Shown one piece after another: positions 1 through 9,331 of a DNA stretch of 64,000 nt. Numbering within the stretch: the stretch's first letter is position 1; the number at the start of each line of letters is the position of its first letter. The position numbers were made by a program, and so were the translations under genes. The notes under the pieces are model-generated. The model was not told where the DNA came from. It worked only from the letters and a program-made list of their open reading frames with translations, and ran no database searches. Origin of the DNA: Parachlamydiales bacterium (GTDB lineage: Bacteria > Chlamydiota > Chlamydiia > Chlamydiales > SM23-39); the NCBI GenBank assembly GCA_050302075.1, contig JBNLAH010000005.1, positions 64,001 through 128,000 on the forward strand, in the 5' to 3' direction.

Positions 1-161
1 GGACTAGTGGAGAACTAAGGCTAAGCAATTTTATGCTTTGGCAACTATCTTATACAGAAGTATTTGTCACAGATGTTTTGTGGCCTGACTTTAATAAAAC
101 TGAGCTTGTAAGGGCAATTTTGGAATATCAAAAAAGACATAGAAGATTGGGTGGAACATGA
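1..161 (+). CDS. uppS: Isoprenyl (undecaprenyl diphosphate) synthase, 3' end (partial)
   Basis: Frame from nt 3 reads [30 protein letters not shown]...RRLGGT*, the cis-prenyltransferase C-terminal motifs; stop overlaps the cdsA ATG (ATGA). Confidence 0.93.
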   Translation, partial: TSGELRLSNFMLWQLSYTEVFVTDVLWPDFNKTELVRAILEYQKRHRRLGGT

Positions 162-1000
162 AAAATTTAATAAAAGACTTAATAAAAAGGATAGTTTCTT
201 CTTTTTTTTTAATAGGCATTGTTGCTTTGTTACTTATATTTGCTTACGTGCCTTATTTTTTTATTGCAGTTGTTGGAACAATTGCTTTGTTTTCTGCAGT
301 TGCAATTTATGAATTCAGCAACATTAGTAAATTGAAATCTACCTTTGCTAATTTATTACTTTTAGCCTTTAGCCCTATGGTAGTTATATCATTTTTTTTA
401 AGCACTGTCGACCCTTTATTTCTAAAGCTGCCTATAATCATAGTTTTTTTATTTGCCATCATAGCGTTTATAAAGCACTTTTCAGATGTGAAAAATTCAA
501 TTGTGGATATGTCCGTTGCATTATTTTCACTTATTTATGTTTCAGTCCCAATGGGTATGTTGGTCTACATTCTTTATTCAACAAACGAACTTAGTTTAGT
601 TGATGGTAGAATGTGGATATTTATAATTTTATTGCTTTCAAAAATCTCTGATATTTTTGGATATTTTATTGGGAAGTTATTTGGTAAGAACAAAATGATA
701 GAAAATGTGAGCCCAAACAAAACGTGGGAAGGATCAATAGCAGGTATAATTGCAACTTTAGGAATGGCACTATTAGTCCAATATTTCTTGCCAAACACTT
801 TCAATAGTTATTTAAATGCCATTATTATAGGGAGTATAACAGTTATTTTGTCTCAAGTCGGTGATCTTAGTGAGTCACTTTTAAAGAGGGATGTTAATAT
901 AAAAGATAGTAGTAAAATTCCAGGAATAGGAGGGGTTTTAGATTCTTTGGACTCGCTTTTATTTACAATTCCTTTTTATTATATATGGCTGAGTTATTAA
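158..1000 (+). CDS. cdsA: Phosphatidate cytidylyltransferase
   Basis: Multi-TM protein with SPNKTWEG and [18 protein letters not shown] signatures; follows uppS. Confidence 0.95.
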   Translation: MKNLIKDLIKRIVSSFFLIGIVALLLIFAYVPYFFIAVVGTIALFSAVAIYEFSNISKLKSTFANLLLLAFSPMVVISFFLSTVDPLFLKLPIIIVFLFAIIAFIKHFSDVKNSIVDMSVALFSLIYVSVPMGMLVYILYSTNELSLVDGRMWIFIILLLSKISDIFGYFIGKLFGKNKMIENVSPNKTWEGSIAGIIATLGMALLVQYFLPNTFNSYLNAIIIGSITVILSQVGDLSESLLKRDVNIKDSSKIPGIGGVLDSLDSLLFTIPFYYIWLSY

Positions 1001-1003
1001 ATT

Positions 1004-2308
1004 ATGATTATTACAATTGATGGTCCCGCCGGGACAGGAAAATCAACAGTTGCTAAAAAGCTTGCAGGATCCTTGTCTTTTTTTTACTTTGACACAGGAG
1101 CTATGTATCGTTCATTTAGTCACTTCCTTTTAGAAAACCAAATTGATATATCTGATGAAGAAAAAATAAGGCAGGCACTAGATAATTTTAATTATGACAT
1201 TAAAGATAAAAATGGTGAAAAAGTTTATTTAGTAAACGGAAAAGATGTTACTGAAAATATTCGAACTCCTTTAGTTACATCCGCAGTGTCTAAAGTATCT
1301 GCTTATGAATTTGTTAGAAAAAAATTGGTAAAGATACAAAGAGAGTTTGGTAGTCAAAAAAATGCTGTTTTTGAAGGTCGTGATATGGGAACCGTTGTTT
1401 TCCCAAATGCCGATTTGAAGATATTTTTAGACGCTGATCCAAAAGTTAGAGCTGAAAGGCGCTATAAGGAATATTTAGCAAAATTCCAAGGAAAAGAAAA
1501 CGAAATTTCACTAAATAAGATTCTAGAAGATATTCAATATAGAGATCACCACGATTCTACTAGAAAAATTTCACCTTTAAAAAAAGCGGTTGATGCAGTT
1601 GTAATTGATACTTCTAAAATGAGCGTTGAAGAAGTTGTAGATAAAATACTTTCCGTTACAAAAAAAAAGATTAAAAAAAGAAATAAACTCTTTTACGCTT
1701 GCATTAAGTTTTTTGCAAAAACCTTACTTAAGATTTTTTATGGACTAAAAGTTCGTGGCATTGAAAATATTCCTGTTGGGGCAGCTTTTATAGCTTCAAA
1801 CCATGTCTCATTTTTTGACCCCCCAGTAGTTGCTGTTTCATGTCCATATGAGATAAATTTTCTAGCAAGGGCCTCACTTTTTAGAAATAAACTTTTTGGC
1901 TTTCTAATTAGAAAACTAAATGCGCATCCAATCGGGGTGAGTGCATCTGATCGGAAAACTTTTAAAGTTACTTTTGACTTATTAAAAGATTCTCAGAAGG
2001 TATTAATTTTTCCTGAAGGGGAGCGTTCTAGAACGGAAGAAATTGCAGAAGTTAAATCAGGTATTGGATTTCTAGCTTGGAAAAGTAAAACTCCAATTGT
2101 TCCAACATTTATTGAGGGTACTTTTAGAGCGTGGCCAAGGTTTAAAAAATACCCGAGCTTATTTAAAAAGATTACCTGCACTTTCGGCAAGCCTATATAT
2201 ATTCAAGACTTCAATCACCTAGACAGAGATCAAGCCATTAAGGAAATTGCTCAAAAAACAAAAGAAGCCTTAATTGAACTTAAAAAGTCTCACAAAAAAA
2301 ATAACTAA
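1004..2308 (+). CDS. cmk: Cytidylate kinase fused to 1-acyl-sn-glycerol-3-phosphate acyltransferase (Cmk-PlsC)
   Basis: N-half has IDGPAGTGKST, DTGAMYR, EGRDMGTVVFP (Cmk); C-half has NHVSFFD and FPEGERS (PlsC); single uninterrupted ORF. Confidence 0.93.
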   Translation: MIITIDGPAGTGKSTVAKKLAGSLSFFYFDTGAMYRSFSHFLLENQIDISDEEKIRQALDNFNYDIKDKNGEKVYLVNGKDVTENIRTPLVTSAVSKVSAYEFVRKKLVKIQREFGSQKNAVFEGRDMGTVVFPNADLKIFLDADPKVRAERRYKEYLAKFQGKENEISLNKILEDIQYRDHHDSTRKISPLKKAVDAVVIDTSKMSVEEVVDKILSVTKKKIKKRNKLFYACIKFFAKTLLKIFYGLKVRGIENIPVGAAFIASNHVSFFDPPVVAVSCPYEINFLARASLFRNKLFGFLIRKLNAHPIGVSASDRKTFKVTFDLLKDSQKVLIFPEGERSRTEEIAEVKSGIGFLAWKSKTPIVPTFIEGTFRAWPRFKKYPSLFKKITCTFGKPIYIQDFNHLDRDQAIKEIAQKTKEALIELKKSHKKNN

Positions 2309-2424
2309 TTTTAAAAGATCAGTTTATTTTTTCTTTAGTATAAAACAAACTCTAAAACCGGAAATAGTTGGAAAAAATATCAAATCGATATAAAATTAGC
2401 TTTTATCCTGACTTGGAGGTTGTT

Positions 2425-2748
2425 ATGACAGGACAAATCAAAAAACTTACTGATGATAATTTTGAAAGTGAAATTGCTAGTGGAATTACTCTAGTTGATT
2501 TTTTTGCTGAATGGTGTGGACCATGCAGAATGATGACGCCGATTTTAGAACAAATTGCTTCTGAAAATTATAAAGAGGCGGTTATTGCAAAATTGGACAT
2601 CGATAGCGAACAAAAGACATCTTCTCAATTTCAAGTTACATCTGTTCCAACATTGATTCTTTTTAAAGATGGAAAAGAAATCAATCGCTTAGTTGGTTTG
2701 AGAGATGCAAAGGCAATAAAAGAGTTCATAGATGATTCAGTTGCATGA
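2425..2748 (+). CDS. trxA: Thioredoxin
   Basis: WCGPC active site; GGAGG SD before ATG 2425. Confidence 0.96.
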   Translation: MTGQIKKLTDDNFESEIASGITLVDFFAEWCGPCRMMTPILEQIASENYKEAVIAKLDIDSEQKTSSQFQVTSVPTLILFKDGKEINRLVGLRDAKAIKEFIDDSVA

Positions 2749-2957
2749 TTATTAACTGGCTTATAAGAGCCACAATACTTGCTATTGTAATGGCGCTTCT
2801 CTTACACTTTGAAGTGGAGCTTCCTTCATTTCTAAGTTGGATTGGATCTGTTCCTGGTGATTCTTTATTGATAGATGCAAGAAGGGGGATAAGCTTTCCC
2901 CTTGCATCTGCAGCAATCATAAGTACTTTAGTTACCCTAATGCTTCCTAAAAGGTAA
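2745..2957 (+). CDS. Small membrane protein, DUF2905-like
   Basis: Two hydrophobic segments around WIGSVPGD...FPLASAAIIS, resembling the GRLPGD...FPI pattern of DUF2905; ATGA overlap with trxA. Confidence 0.6.
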   Translation: MIINWLIRATILAIVMALLLHFEVELPSFLSWIGSVPGDSLLIDARRGISFPLASAAIISTLVTLMLPKR

Positions 2958-3396
2958 AATTGTTTTGTCTTTTTGCTTCATAAAGAGCGATAGCTACTGT
3001 GTTTGAAAGGTTTAAACACCTTGCATTTTCTTTCATAGGAATTGTAACAAATTTCTCTCTGTATTTATCATGAAAATAGTCTGGAAGGCCGCTTGTTTCA
3101 GATCCAAAAATTAAAAAACAATCTTCTGAATATTTGACTTCACTGTAGTTCTTTTCTGCTTTGCTAGAAAAAAAATAAAAAGGAGAGTTCACACTTTGTA
3201 AATAAGCTGTAAGATTTTCAATTTCTTCAATTTTAAAATCCTTAAAATAATCTAGTCCTGACCTTTTGAGCATTCTATCAGATATACTAAACATGTAAGG
3301 CTTTACTAATGCGAGCTCAGTGTTTGTAACACTACATGTCCTAATAATATTTCCCGTATTTTGTGGTATTTCAGGTTCAAATAAGATGATTTTCAA
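2947..3396 (-). CDS. trmL: tRNA (cytidine/uridine-2'-O)-methyltransferase TrmL (SpoU family)
   Basis: EPEIPQNTGNI, FGSETSGL, RCLNLSNTVA motifs. Confidence 0.93.
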   Translation of the reverse strand: MKIILFEPEIPQNTGNIIRTCSVTNTELALVKPYMFSISDRMLKRSGLDYFKDFKIEEIENLTAYLQSVNSPFYFFSSKAEKNYSEVKYSEDCFLIFGSETSGLPDYFHDKYREKFVTIPMKENARCLNLSNTVAIALYEAKRQNNFTF

Positions 3397-4082
3397 CGAA
3401 GATGCCTTTGATTAAATTTACTTATTAAAGAATTGTCAGTAGGGTAGGCATAATCTGATTTTAAAAGCTCCACCTCAATTTTAATCAGAGAACTAGCTAG
3501 TTGATTATCACTTTTTTTAAACCCATACTCAGGGTGGATATATATAATTCTTTTTTCGGATTCTTTCATGCCAAGCAAGCCTTTTGAAAAGCCGCAGATA
3601 GCATCATCTAAAGATATTGGTTGTGGCTCTTTTGTTTCAAAAATAACAGTCCCATCTAATTTAAGCAGCTTATAATTAACTAGCGGTCTGTCCTCCTTTG
3701 TAACTACATTCCCACTTCCTTCTTTAACTATTTTGTACTGAATTTTTTCAGGGATTATTTCAACTACATCAGAGTTATTTTTGTTCTTTTTAAGAAAGTT
3801 GTCTGCAATTTTTAGACCAATATTTTTTTCCTCTTTAGTGAGTAAATCTTGCAAGTGGTTAATTAAATTTAAATATCCATTTTCCAGGTCATTAGTTTCA
3901 TTCCAACTGTCTTGAAGCCCCTCAATTAATGCATCGATATCAAGATTAAAACTATCTGAGCATATTTTTTTTGCAATCATTTTGCCTAAAAGTTTTGATT
4001 CAGCTCTACAAAAAGAATAAGAGTCCTTTGCGAACATAAAATTCGTCATTATTAAAATTGGTATGAAAATATTTTTTATCAT
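3393..4082 (-). CDS. mip: FKBP-type peptidyl-prolyl isomerase, Mip-like
   Basis: FKBP_N plus FKBP_C (IQYKIVKEGSG, GLLGMKESEKRIIYIHPEYG); between trmL and aspS as in Chlamydia; start taken at ATG 4082. Confidence 0.8.
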   Translation of the reverse strand: MIKNIFIPILIMTNFMFAKDSYSFCRAESKLLGKMIAKKICSDSFNLDIDALIEGLQDSWNETNDLENGYLNLINHLQDLLTKEEKNIGLKIADNFLKKNKNNSDVVEIIPEKIQYKIVKEGSGNVVTKEDRPLVNYKLLKLDGTVIFETKEPQPISLDDAICGFSKGLLGMKESEKRIIYIHPEYGFKKSDNQLASSLIKIEVELLKSDYAYPTDNSLISKFNQRHLR

Positions 4083-4093
4083 TGAAAAACCTA

Positions 4094-5887
4094 TTAATCC
4101 CAAAAAATTTCAGTAGGGGTTGCTTTTAATTTTAAGTCTTCTAAGTGGCCTTCTAAAGGCTTTGATGGACATTGCATCATTAAATCGCTGGCTTTTTGAG
4201 TTTTTGGAAAAGCTATTACATCTCTGATATTATCTGTGCCAGATAAAACCATTATTAACCTATCCAGCCCAAAAGCTATTCCTAAGTGAGGGGGAGTCCC
4301 AAATTTAAGAGCGTCAATGAAGAATCCAAATTTTTCTCTAATGTCTTCATCAGTTAATTTTAGCAGTTTGAAAACTTCTTTTTGAAGGTCAGGATTGTGG
4401 ATCCTTTGAGAGCCTCCAGCAAGTTCATATCCATTTACGACAAGGTCATATGCCAAGGATCTTACTTCTAATGGCTTTTCTTTCATGAGGTCGATATCAT
4501 CTGGATGAGGATGTGTAAATGGATGATGTTCAGATTTAAGTTCTTTAGTTGCTTCATCTTTTGAAAACATTGGAAAGTCTACAATCCAAGCAAACTTGAA
4601 ACCAGAGCTTTTAAATAGATTTCTCTTTTTTGCGATATGCCTTCTCAAATGATCAAGACCTTGGTTGACTATGCTTTCACTTTCGGCGGCAATTAATACT
4701 AAATCGTTTTCCTCTACTTGAAGTCTTGACTGGATCTTTAATAAAAGATCAGGGCTGAAGAATTTAACAATGCTAGATGAAAATCCATCTGTCGTCTTTT
4801 TCATCCAGGCAAGTCCTTTGATATTAAACTTTCCTACAAAAGCTCCAAGCTCATCAATTTCTTTTCTAGAAAATTCTGCGCCATTTTTTACGCATAACGC
4901 TTTTACAATACCATTGTTTTTTACATAGTCTTTCAGAAGATCAAAATTAGATTCTAAAATGATGTCATCGAGCCTGATTAAGGGCATATCAAACCTTAAA
5001 TCTGGCTTGTCAGTTCCATAAAGCTCCATACTGTCTTGATGTGAAATCCTAGGGAAAGGAGTTGGTAATTCTACTCCAATACATTCTTTGAAAACCTTTT
5101 TCATCATTTGCTCAGTAAGAGACAAAATGTCATCGGGGCTTTTAAAGCTCATTTCAATATCAACTTGAGTAAACTCAGGTTGCCTGTCGGAGCGAAGATC
5201 TTCATCTCGAAAACATTGTGCAATTTGAAAGTACTTGTCCATCCCAGAAATCATAAGTAGCTGTTTGAAAATCTGCGGCGATTGAGGAAGGGCGTAAAAA
5301 TTACCAGGATATATTCTAGATGGAACAAGATAATCCCTTGCTCCTTCAGGAGTTGATTTAGCCAAAAGGGGAGTCTGAATTTCTAGAAATTGTTCGGTAT
5401 CTAAGAAATTTCTAATACATAACATTGCCTTGTGACGCAAAGCTAAGTTTTTTGCAACATCGCCTCTCCTAATATCTAAATAACGATATTTTAGCCTCAG
5501 CTCGTCCCGTACTTCAATTTTATCGTCACAAATTGAAAATGGGGGCGTAATAGCTTCGCTCAAGACATTCATCTGTTTTACTTCAATCTCAATTTCTCCG
5601 GTAGCGAGCTTGGGGTTTATTAAGCCCTCTCCTCTTGATCTTACTTTTCCTTCAATAAATACTACCCACTCGGCCCTTAGCTTTTGCGCTTCGTTATGTA
5701 AATCTATTGAAACATTTGGATCAAAAACTAATTGCGTTATTCCAAAACGATCTCTAAGGTCGATAAAAATAAGTCCTCCGTGATCTCTTCTTCTATGGAC
5801 CCAGCCGCATAAAGATATATTTTTGCCAATATGGTCTTTCCTTAATTCACCGCAGTTGTGCGATCTATGATAGTCTTTGGATTTCAT
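4094..5887 (-). CDS. aspS: Aspartate--tRNA(Asp/Asn) ligase
   Basis: RRRDHGGLIFIDLRD, TPEGARDYLVP, FRDEDLRSDRQPEF, GTPPHLGIAFGLDR; start at MKSKDYHR chosen. Confidence 0.97.
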   Translation of the reverse strand: MKSKDYHRSHNCGELRKDHIGKNISLCGWVHRRRDHGGLIFIDLRDRFGITQLVFDPNVSIDLHNEAQKLRAEWVVFIEGKVRSRGEGLINPKLATGEIEIEVKQMNVLSEAITPPFSICDDKIEVRDELRLKYRYLDIRRGDVAKNLALRHKAMLCIRNFLDTEQFLEIQTPLLAKSTPEGARDYLVPSRIYPGNFYALPQSPQIFKQLLMISGMDKYFQIAQCFRDEDLRSDRQPEFTQVDIEMSFKSPDDILSLTEQMMKKVFKECIGVELPTPFPRISHQDSMELYGTDKPDLRFDMPLIRLDDIILESNFDLLKDYVKNNGIVKALCVKNGAEFSRKEIDELGAFVGKFNIKGLAWMKKTTDGFSSSIVKFFSPDLLLKIQSRLQVEENDLVLIAAESESIVNQGLDHLRRHIAKKRNLFKSSGFKFAWIVDFPMFSKDEATKELKSEHHPFTHPHPDDIDLMKEKPLEVRSLAYDLVVNGYELAGGSQRIHNPDLQKEVFKLLKLTDEDIREKFGFFIDALKFGTPPHLGIAFGLDRLIMVLSGTDNIRDVIAFPKTQKASDLMMQCPSKPLEGHLEDLKLKATPTEIFWD

Positions 5888-7169
5888 TTTTTTCCCAATG
5901 GTCTTTAATGATTTTTTCAAGTTGGTTTAATGGAACTGTTTCTTCAGTCCTTGAAAACATATTTTTCAACTTAGCTGTATTGGACTCAATTTCATTGCTT
6001 CCAATAACTAAAGAAAATTGTGCTTTTAATTGATTCGCCTTTTGAAGAGAAGTTGCTATTTTTTTAAATTCTAGGTCCATATCTACAGGCACTCTTGCCT
6101 TTCTCAAAGTGTTCATCATCAAAAAGCAAAAGTCAGAACTTTTTTTGTCTAAAGGAATTAGATAAATAAATGGGTTAGTGTTCTCTTGTGGTTGTATGTT
6201 TTGGGATATCATAGTATGTATGATTCTTTCCATGCCGCTTCCAAACCCAATCCCAGGTTGAGGTTTTCCTCCAAAAACTTCTGTAAATCCATCATAGCGT
6301 CCGCCAGCTCCAATTGCACTTTGAGCGCCAAGGTCGTTGCATAGAATTTCAAATACTGTCCGATTGTAATAATCTAGTCCTCTTACAATATTTGGATTAA
6401 TAATGTACGGAATTTTTATCTGGTCTAGTAGTGAACAGACTTGTTTGAAGTGCTCTCTTGAGTCTGAAGATAGAGAATCTAAAATACTAGGAGCCTTTTT
6501 CAACAAATTTTTATCATCTGGATCTTTAGAGTCCAAAATTCGCAAAGGGTTTTTTTCAAAACGGAGCTGACTTTCTTTTGAAAGCTTAGAATAGTTTGGT
6601 GATAAGAATCGAATAAGCTCGTTTTTATATTTTTCCCGGCACTCCACATCACCAATTGAATTTAAATTTAGTTCTAAATTTTTTAATCCGAGTCTTTCGA
6701 AAAATTGCCAAAGCATGGTGATGATTTCTGCATCCTGCTCTGGATTTGCAATGCCAATTGCTTCAGCTCCAAACTGATGATGCTGGCGATATCTGCCAGC
6801 TTGAGGTCTTTCATAGCGAAACATCGGAGCTATATAATAAAGCTTCGGAGTTTTGGTAAAGTTTTGGGGATTTTCAACGTATGCTCTCATAACAGATGAG
6901 GTCCCCTCAGGCCTTAAGGCTAAAGATCTATCTGCTTTGTCTTTGAAAATATACATTTCCTTGGAGACAATATCGGATGTCTTGCCGACACCTCTGTCGA
7001 ATAATTCTGCTTTTTCAAACACAGGTGTTCTAATCTCCTTAAACCCGAAAATGCGAGCGCTTTCGTGAATAATAGATTCAACATACTGCCAATAGTCTAT
7101 ACACTTCCACTTTTCCTTTAAATTGTATGGAAGAATATCGAATAACCCTTTTGGAATCTGAAACTTCAT
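5865..7169 (-). CDS. hisS: Histidine--tRNA ligase
   Basis: LRPEGT, FRYERPQAGRYRQ, VRGLDYY, GGRYDG. Confidence 0.97.
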   Translation of the reverse strand: MKFQIPKGLFDILPYNLKEKWKCIDYWQYVESIIHESARIFGFKEIRTPVFEKAELFDRGVGKTSDIVSKEMYIFKDKADRSLALRPEGTSSVMRAYVENPQNFTKTPKLYYIAPMFRYERPQAGRYRQHHQFGAEAIGIANPEQDAEIITMLWQFFERLGLKNLELNLNSIGDVECREKYKNELIRFLSPNYSKLSKESQLRFEKNPLRILDSKDPDDKNLLKKAPSILDSLSSDSREHFKQVCSLLDQIKIPYIINPNIVRGLDYYNRTVFEILCNDLGAQSAIGAGGRYDGFTEVFGGKPQPGIGFGSGMERIIHTMISQNIQPQENTNPFIYLIPLDKKSSDFCFLMMNTLRKARVPVDMDLEFKKIATSLQKANQLKAQFSLVIGSNEIESNTAKLKNMFSRTEETVPLNQLEKIIKDHWEKNEIQRLS

Positions 7170-7232
7170 TGATATCCGTTTTTTTCTCAAAATTATAAAT
7201 AGGTAAGCTAAAACTTGCCAGCCTTACTTTCT

Positions 7233-7805
7233 TTAAGATGTTAGGATTTTATTTAGTAATGATTCCCAGTTTTTTAAATTGCTACTAATAGGGTTTTCTT
7301 GATGCTTTATATAAAGAGTTTGAATCATTTCTTGAAAAGGATGTGGTATGAAACCTTTATTTTGATGGCTTTTCAAGTAATAAGACAAAGAAAATTCTTT
7401 GTTTGGGGGAAACTTTTGAAACTCGTCAATTAAAGTCTGTAAGAGACTTTTTCTAAGTTCATCTAGTCGAGTTAAATGGTAGATTTTTAGAACTTTTTTC
7501 CATTCTCTTGAAAAATTTTGAAAAAATTCAAGGTTTAAGCTCACATCTTCTTCTTGAATTCTCTTTAAATGGTTTTTTAGTTCAACTATGGTATTAGTTA
7601 GTAGGTCTTCTGCTATATTTTTGGATGATTTTCCCCCAAAAAATTTGACGACTTTTTCAATCGTACTAACAAAAAACGCCAAAAAAAGATTTAACGTGTG
7701 TTTGTTGTTCGTTTTCTTAAATTTTTCTTTTTCTTTCTCTTTTTCAGCTTCATAAACCTTAATTTTCTCATAAGGATCTTTTTGAACAGGTCTAATATCT
7801 TTCAT
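7233..7805 (-). CDS. Hypothetical protein
   Basis: ~190 aa ORF with AGAGG SD-like sequence before ATG 7805; no recognised motif. Confidence 0.7.
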   Translation of the reverse strand: MKDIRPVQKDPYEKIKVYEAEKEKEKEKFKKTNNKHTLNLFLAFFVSTIEKVVKFFGGKSSKNIAEDLLTNTIVELKNHLKRIQEEDVSLNLEFFQNFSREWKKVLKIYHLTRLDELRKSLLQTLIDEFQKFPPNKEFSLSYYLKSHQNKGFIPHPFQEMIQTLYIKHQENPISSNLKNWESLLNKILTS

Positions 7806-7936
7806 TATTTTTGCCTCTAAATAGAGTAATAGCATTAGTGATTAATAATTGATATCAATTAATATTTGGTGAATACTTTCATTTAAACGTATATAAAAGT
7901 TTATTGTGAAGTTAGCCTGTTAAAACCTTAAAAGGG

Positions 7937-9274
7937 GTGATAGTGAGCGTCCTAAACTTGTTAAAGCCGGCTCCAGCTAAAGCTGAAATTGAAGACAAAA
8001 AATTAGTTAGAAAAAAATATAAGTATTGGCGCTTAAGAACCTTTTACTCGATGTATATAGGTTATGCTTTTTTTTACTTCACAAGAAAAAGCTTCACTTT
8101 TGCAATTCCTGCTATGAAAGATAGCTTAGGCTATGACATTTCTCAACTAGGCTTTTTGAGCAGTATGTTGTCAATTACATACGGGATTAGTAAATTTGTC
8201 AGTGGCATTATTGGTGATAAATCAAACCCAAGATACTTCATGTCAATTGGGTTGATTTTAACAGGCATTTTTAATTTATGTTTTGGAATGTCATCAACCT
8301 TGCTTTTATTTGCAATTTTTTGGGGGCTTAACGGATGGTTTCAAGGATGGGGATGGCCAGGATGTGCAAAACTCCTTACCCATTGGTATTCACAATCGGA
8401 AAGAGGTAGATGGTGGAGTGTTTGGAATACTTCTCATAATTTAGGCGGCGCTTTAATTCCAATTATTGCCACATATTTTGCCCAATATCATGGTTGGAGA
8501 TATGCTTTATATGTTCCAGGTGTGACTTGTATCTTAGTTGGGTTTTTTCTAGTAAACAGGCTTAGAGATACCCCACAGTCTTTAGGTCTCCCAAGAATTG
8601 AAAAATTCAGAAATGACTATCCAAATACAAAATCTAGAGAAAAAGAAAAATTGCAGCTTTCAGTGAAAGAGATCTTGTTTAACTACGTTCTCTTGAACCC
8701 CTTTATCTGGTTGTTGGCTTTTTCCTACTTTTTTGTCTATATTATACGGACTGCGATCAATGACTGGAGCCTTCTATATCTCGTCGAATCAAAAGGCTAT
8801 AGCTACTTAGTTGCTGGTGCTTGCGTTTGTTGGTTTGAAATAGGGGGTTTTTTTGGATCTCTTGCCGCAGGTATTGCCTCTGATAAGCTATTTGGGGGGA
8901 AAAGAAACCCAGTTAATGTTATATTCTCATTAGCTACAATAGCATGTCTTTTTGGACTGTGGACTTTTCAAGGTCCAAGTACAATAAGAGATTCCTTTTT
9001 TATGTTTTTAATTGGATTTTTTATTTTTGGCCCCCAAATGTTGATTGGCATGGCAGCAGCCGAGCTGTCCCATAAGAAAGCAGCTGCAACGGCGACGGGA
9101 TTTGCAGGTTGCTTTGCCTATTTAGGAGCTGCAGCTGCAGGCGGCCCCTTAGGAATATTGACAAAGACATGGGGCTGGAATGGGTTTTTCTTAATACTTT
9201 GTATTTGTGGAGGGATATCAACACTGCTTTTAATTCCTCTTTGGTCTGTCAAAACAAATCCAAAGCAAACATAA
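7937..9274 (+). CDS. uhpC: MFS hexose-phosphate transporter, GlpT/UhpC (OPA) family
   Basis: YFTRKSF, SERGRWWSVWNTSHNLGG, IFGPQMLIG; position between hisS and dnaE as in Chlamydia. Confidence 0.92.
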   Translation: MIVSVLNLLKPAPAKAEIEDKKLVRKKYKYWRLRTFYSMYIGYAFFYFTRKSFTFAIPAMKDSLGYDISQLGFLSSMLSITYGISKFVSGIIGDKSNPRYFMSIGLILTGIFNLCFGMSSTLLLFAIFWGLNGWFQGWGWPGCAKLLTHWYSQSERGRWWSVWNTSHNLGGALIPIIATYFAQYHGWRYALYVPGVTCILVGFFLVNRLRDTPQSLGLPRIEKFRNDYPNTKSREKEKLQLSVKEILFNYVLLNPFIWLLAFSYFFVYIIRTAINDWSLLYLVESKGYSYLVAGACVCWFEIGGFFGSLAAGIASDKLFGGKRNPVNVIFSLATIACLFGLWTFQGPSTIRDSFFMFLIGFFIFGPQMLIGMAAAELSHKKAAATATGFAGCFAYLGAAAAGGPLGILTKTWGWNGFFLILCICGGISTLLLIPLWSVKTNPKQT

Positions 9275-9331
9275 TTTCAGCCTTTTTTATTTCTCTCAAC
9301 ATCTGTATCATTTCCTAAAAAAGAGAGAAAA

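Noticed and set aside
4094..5887. Non-discriminating AspRS signature (His in RRDHGG, Gly in EGLINP)
   Set aside because: Expected for chlamydiae, which use the GatCAB route
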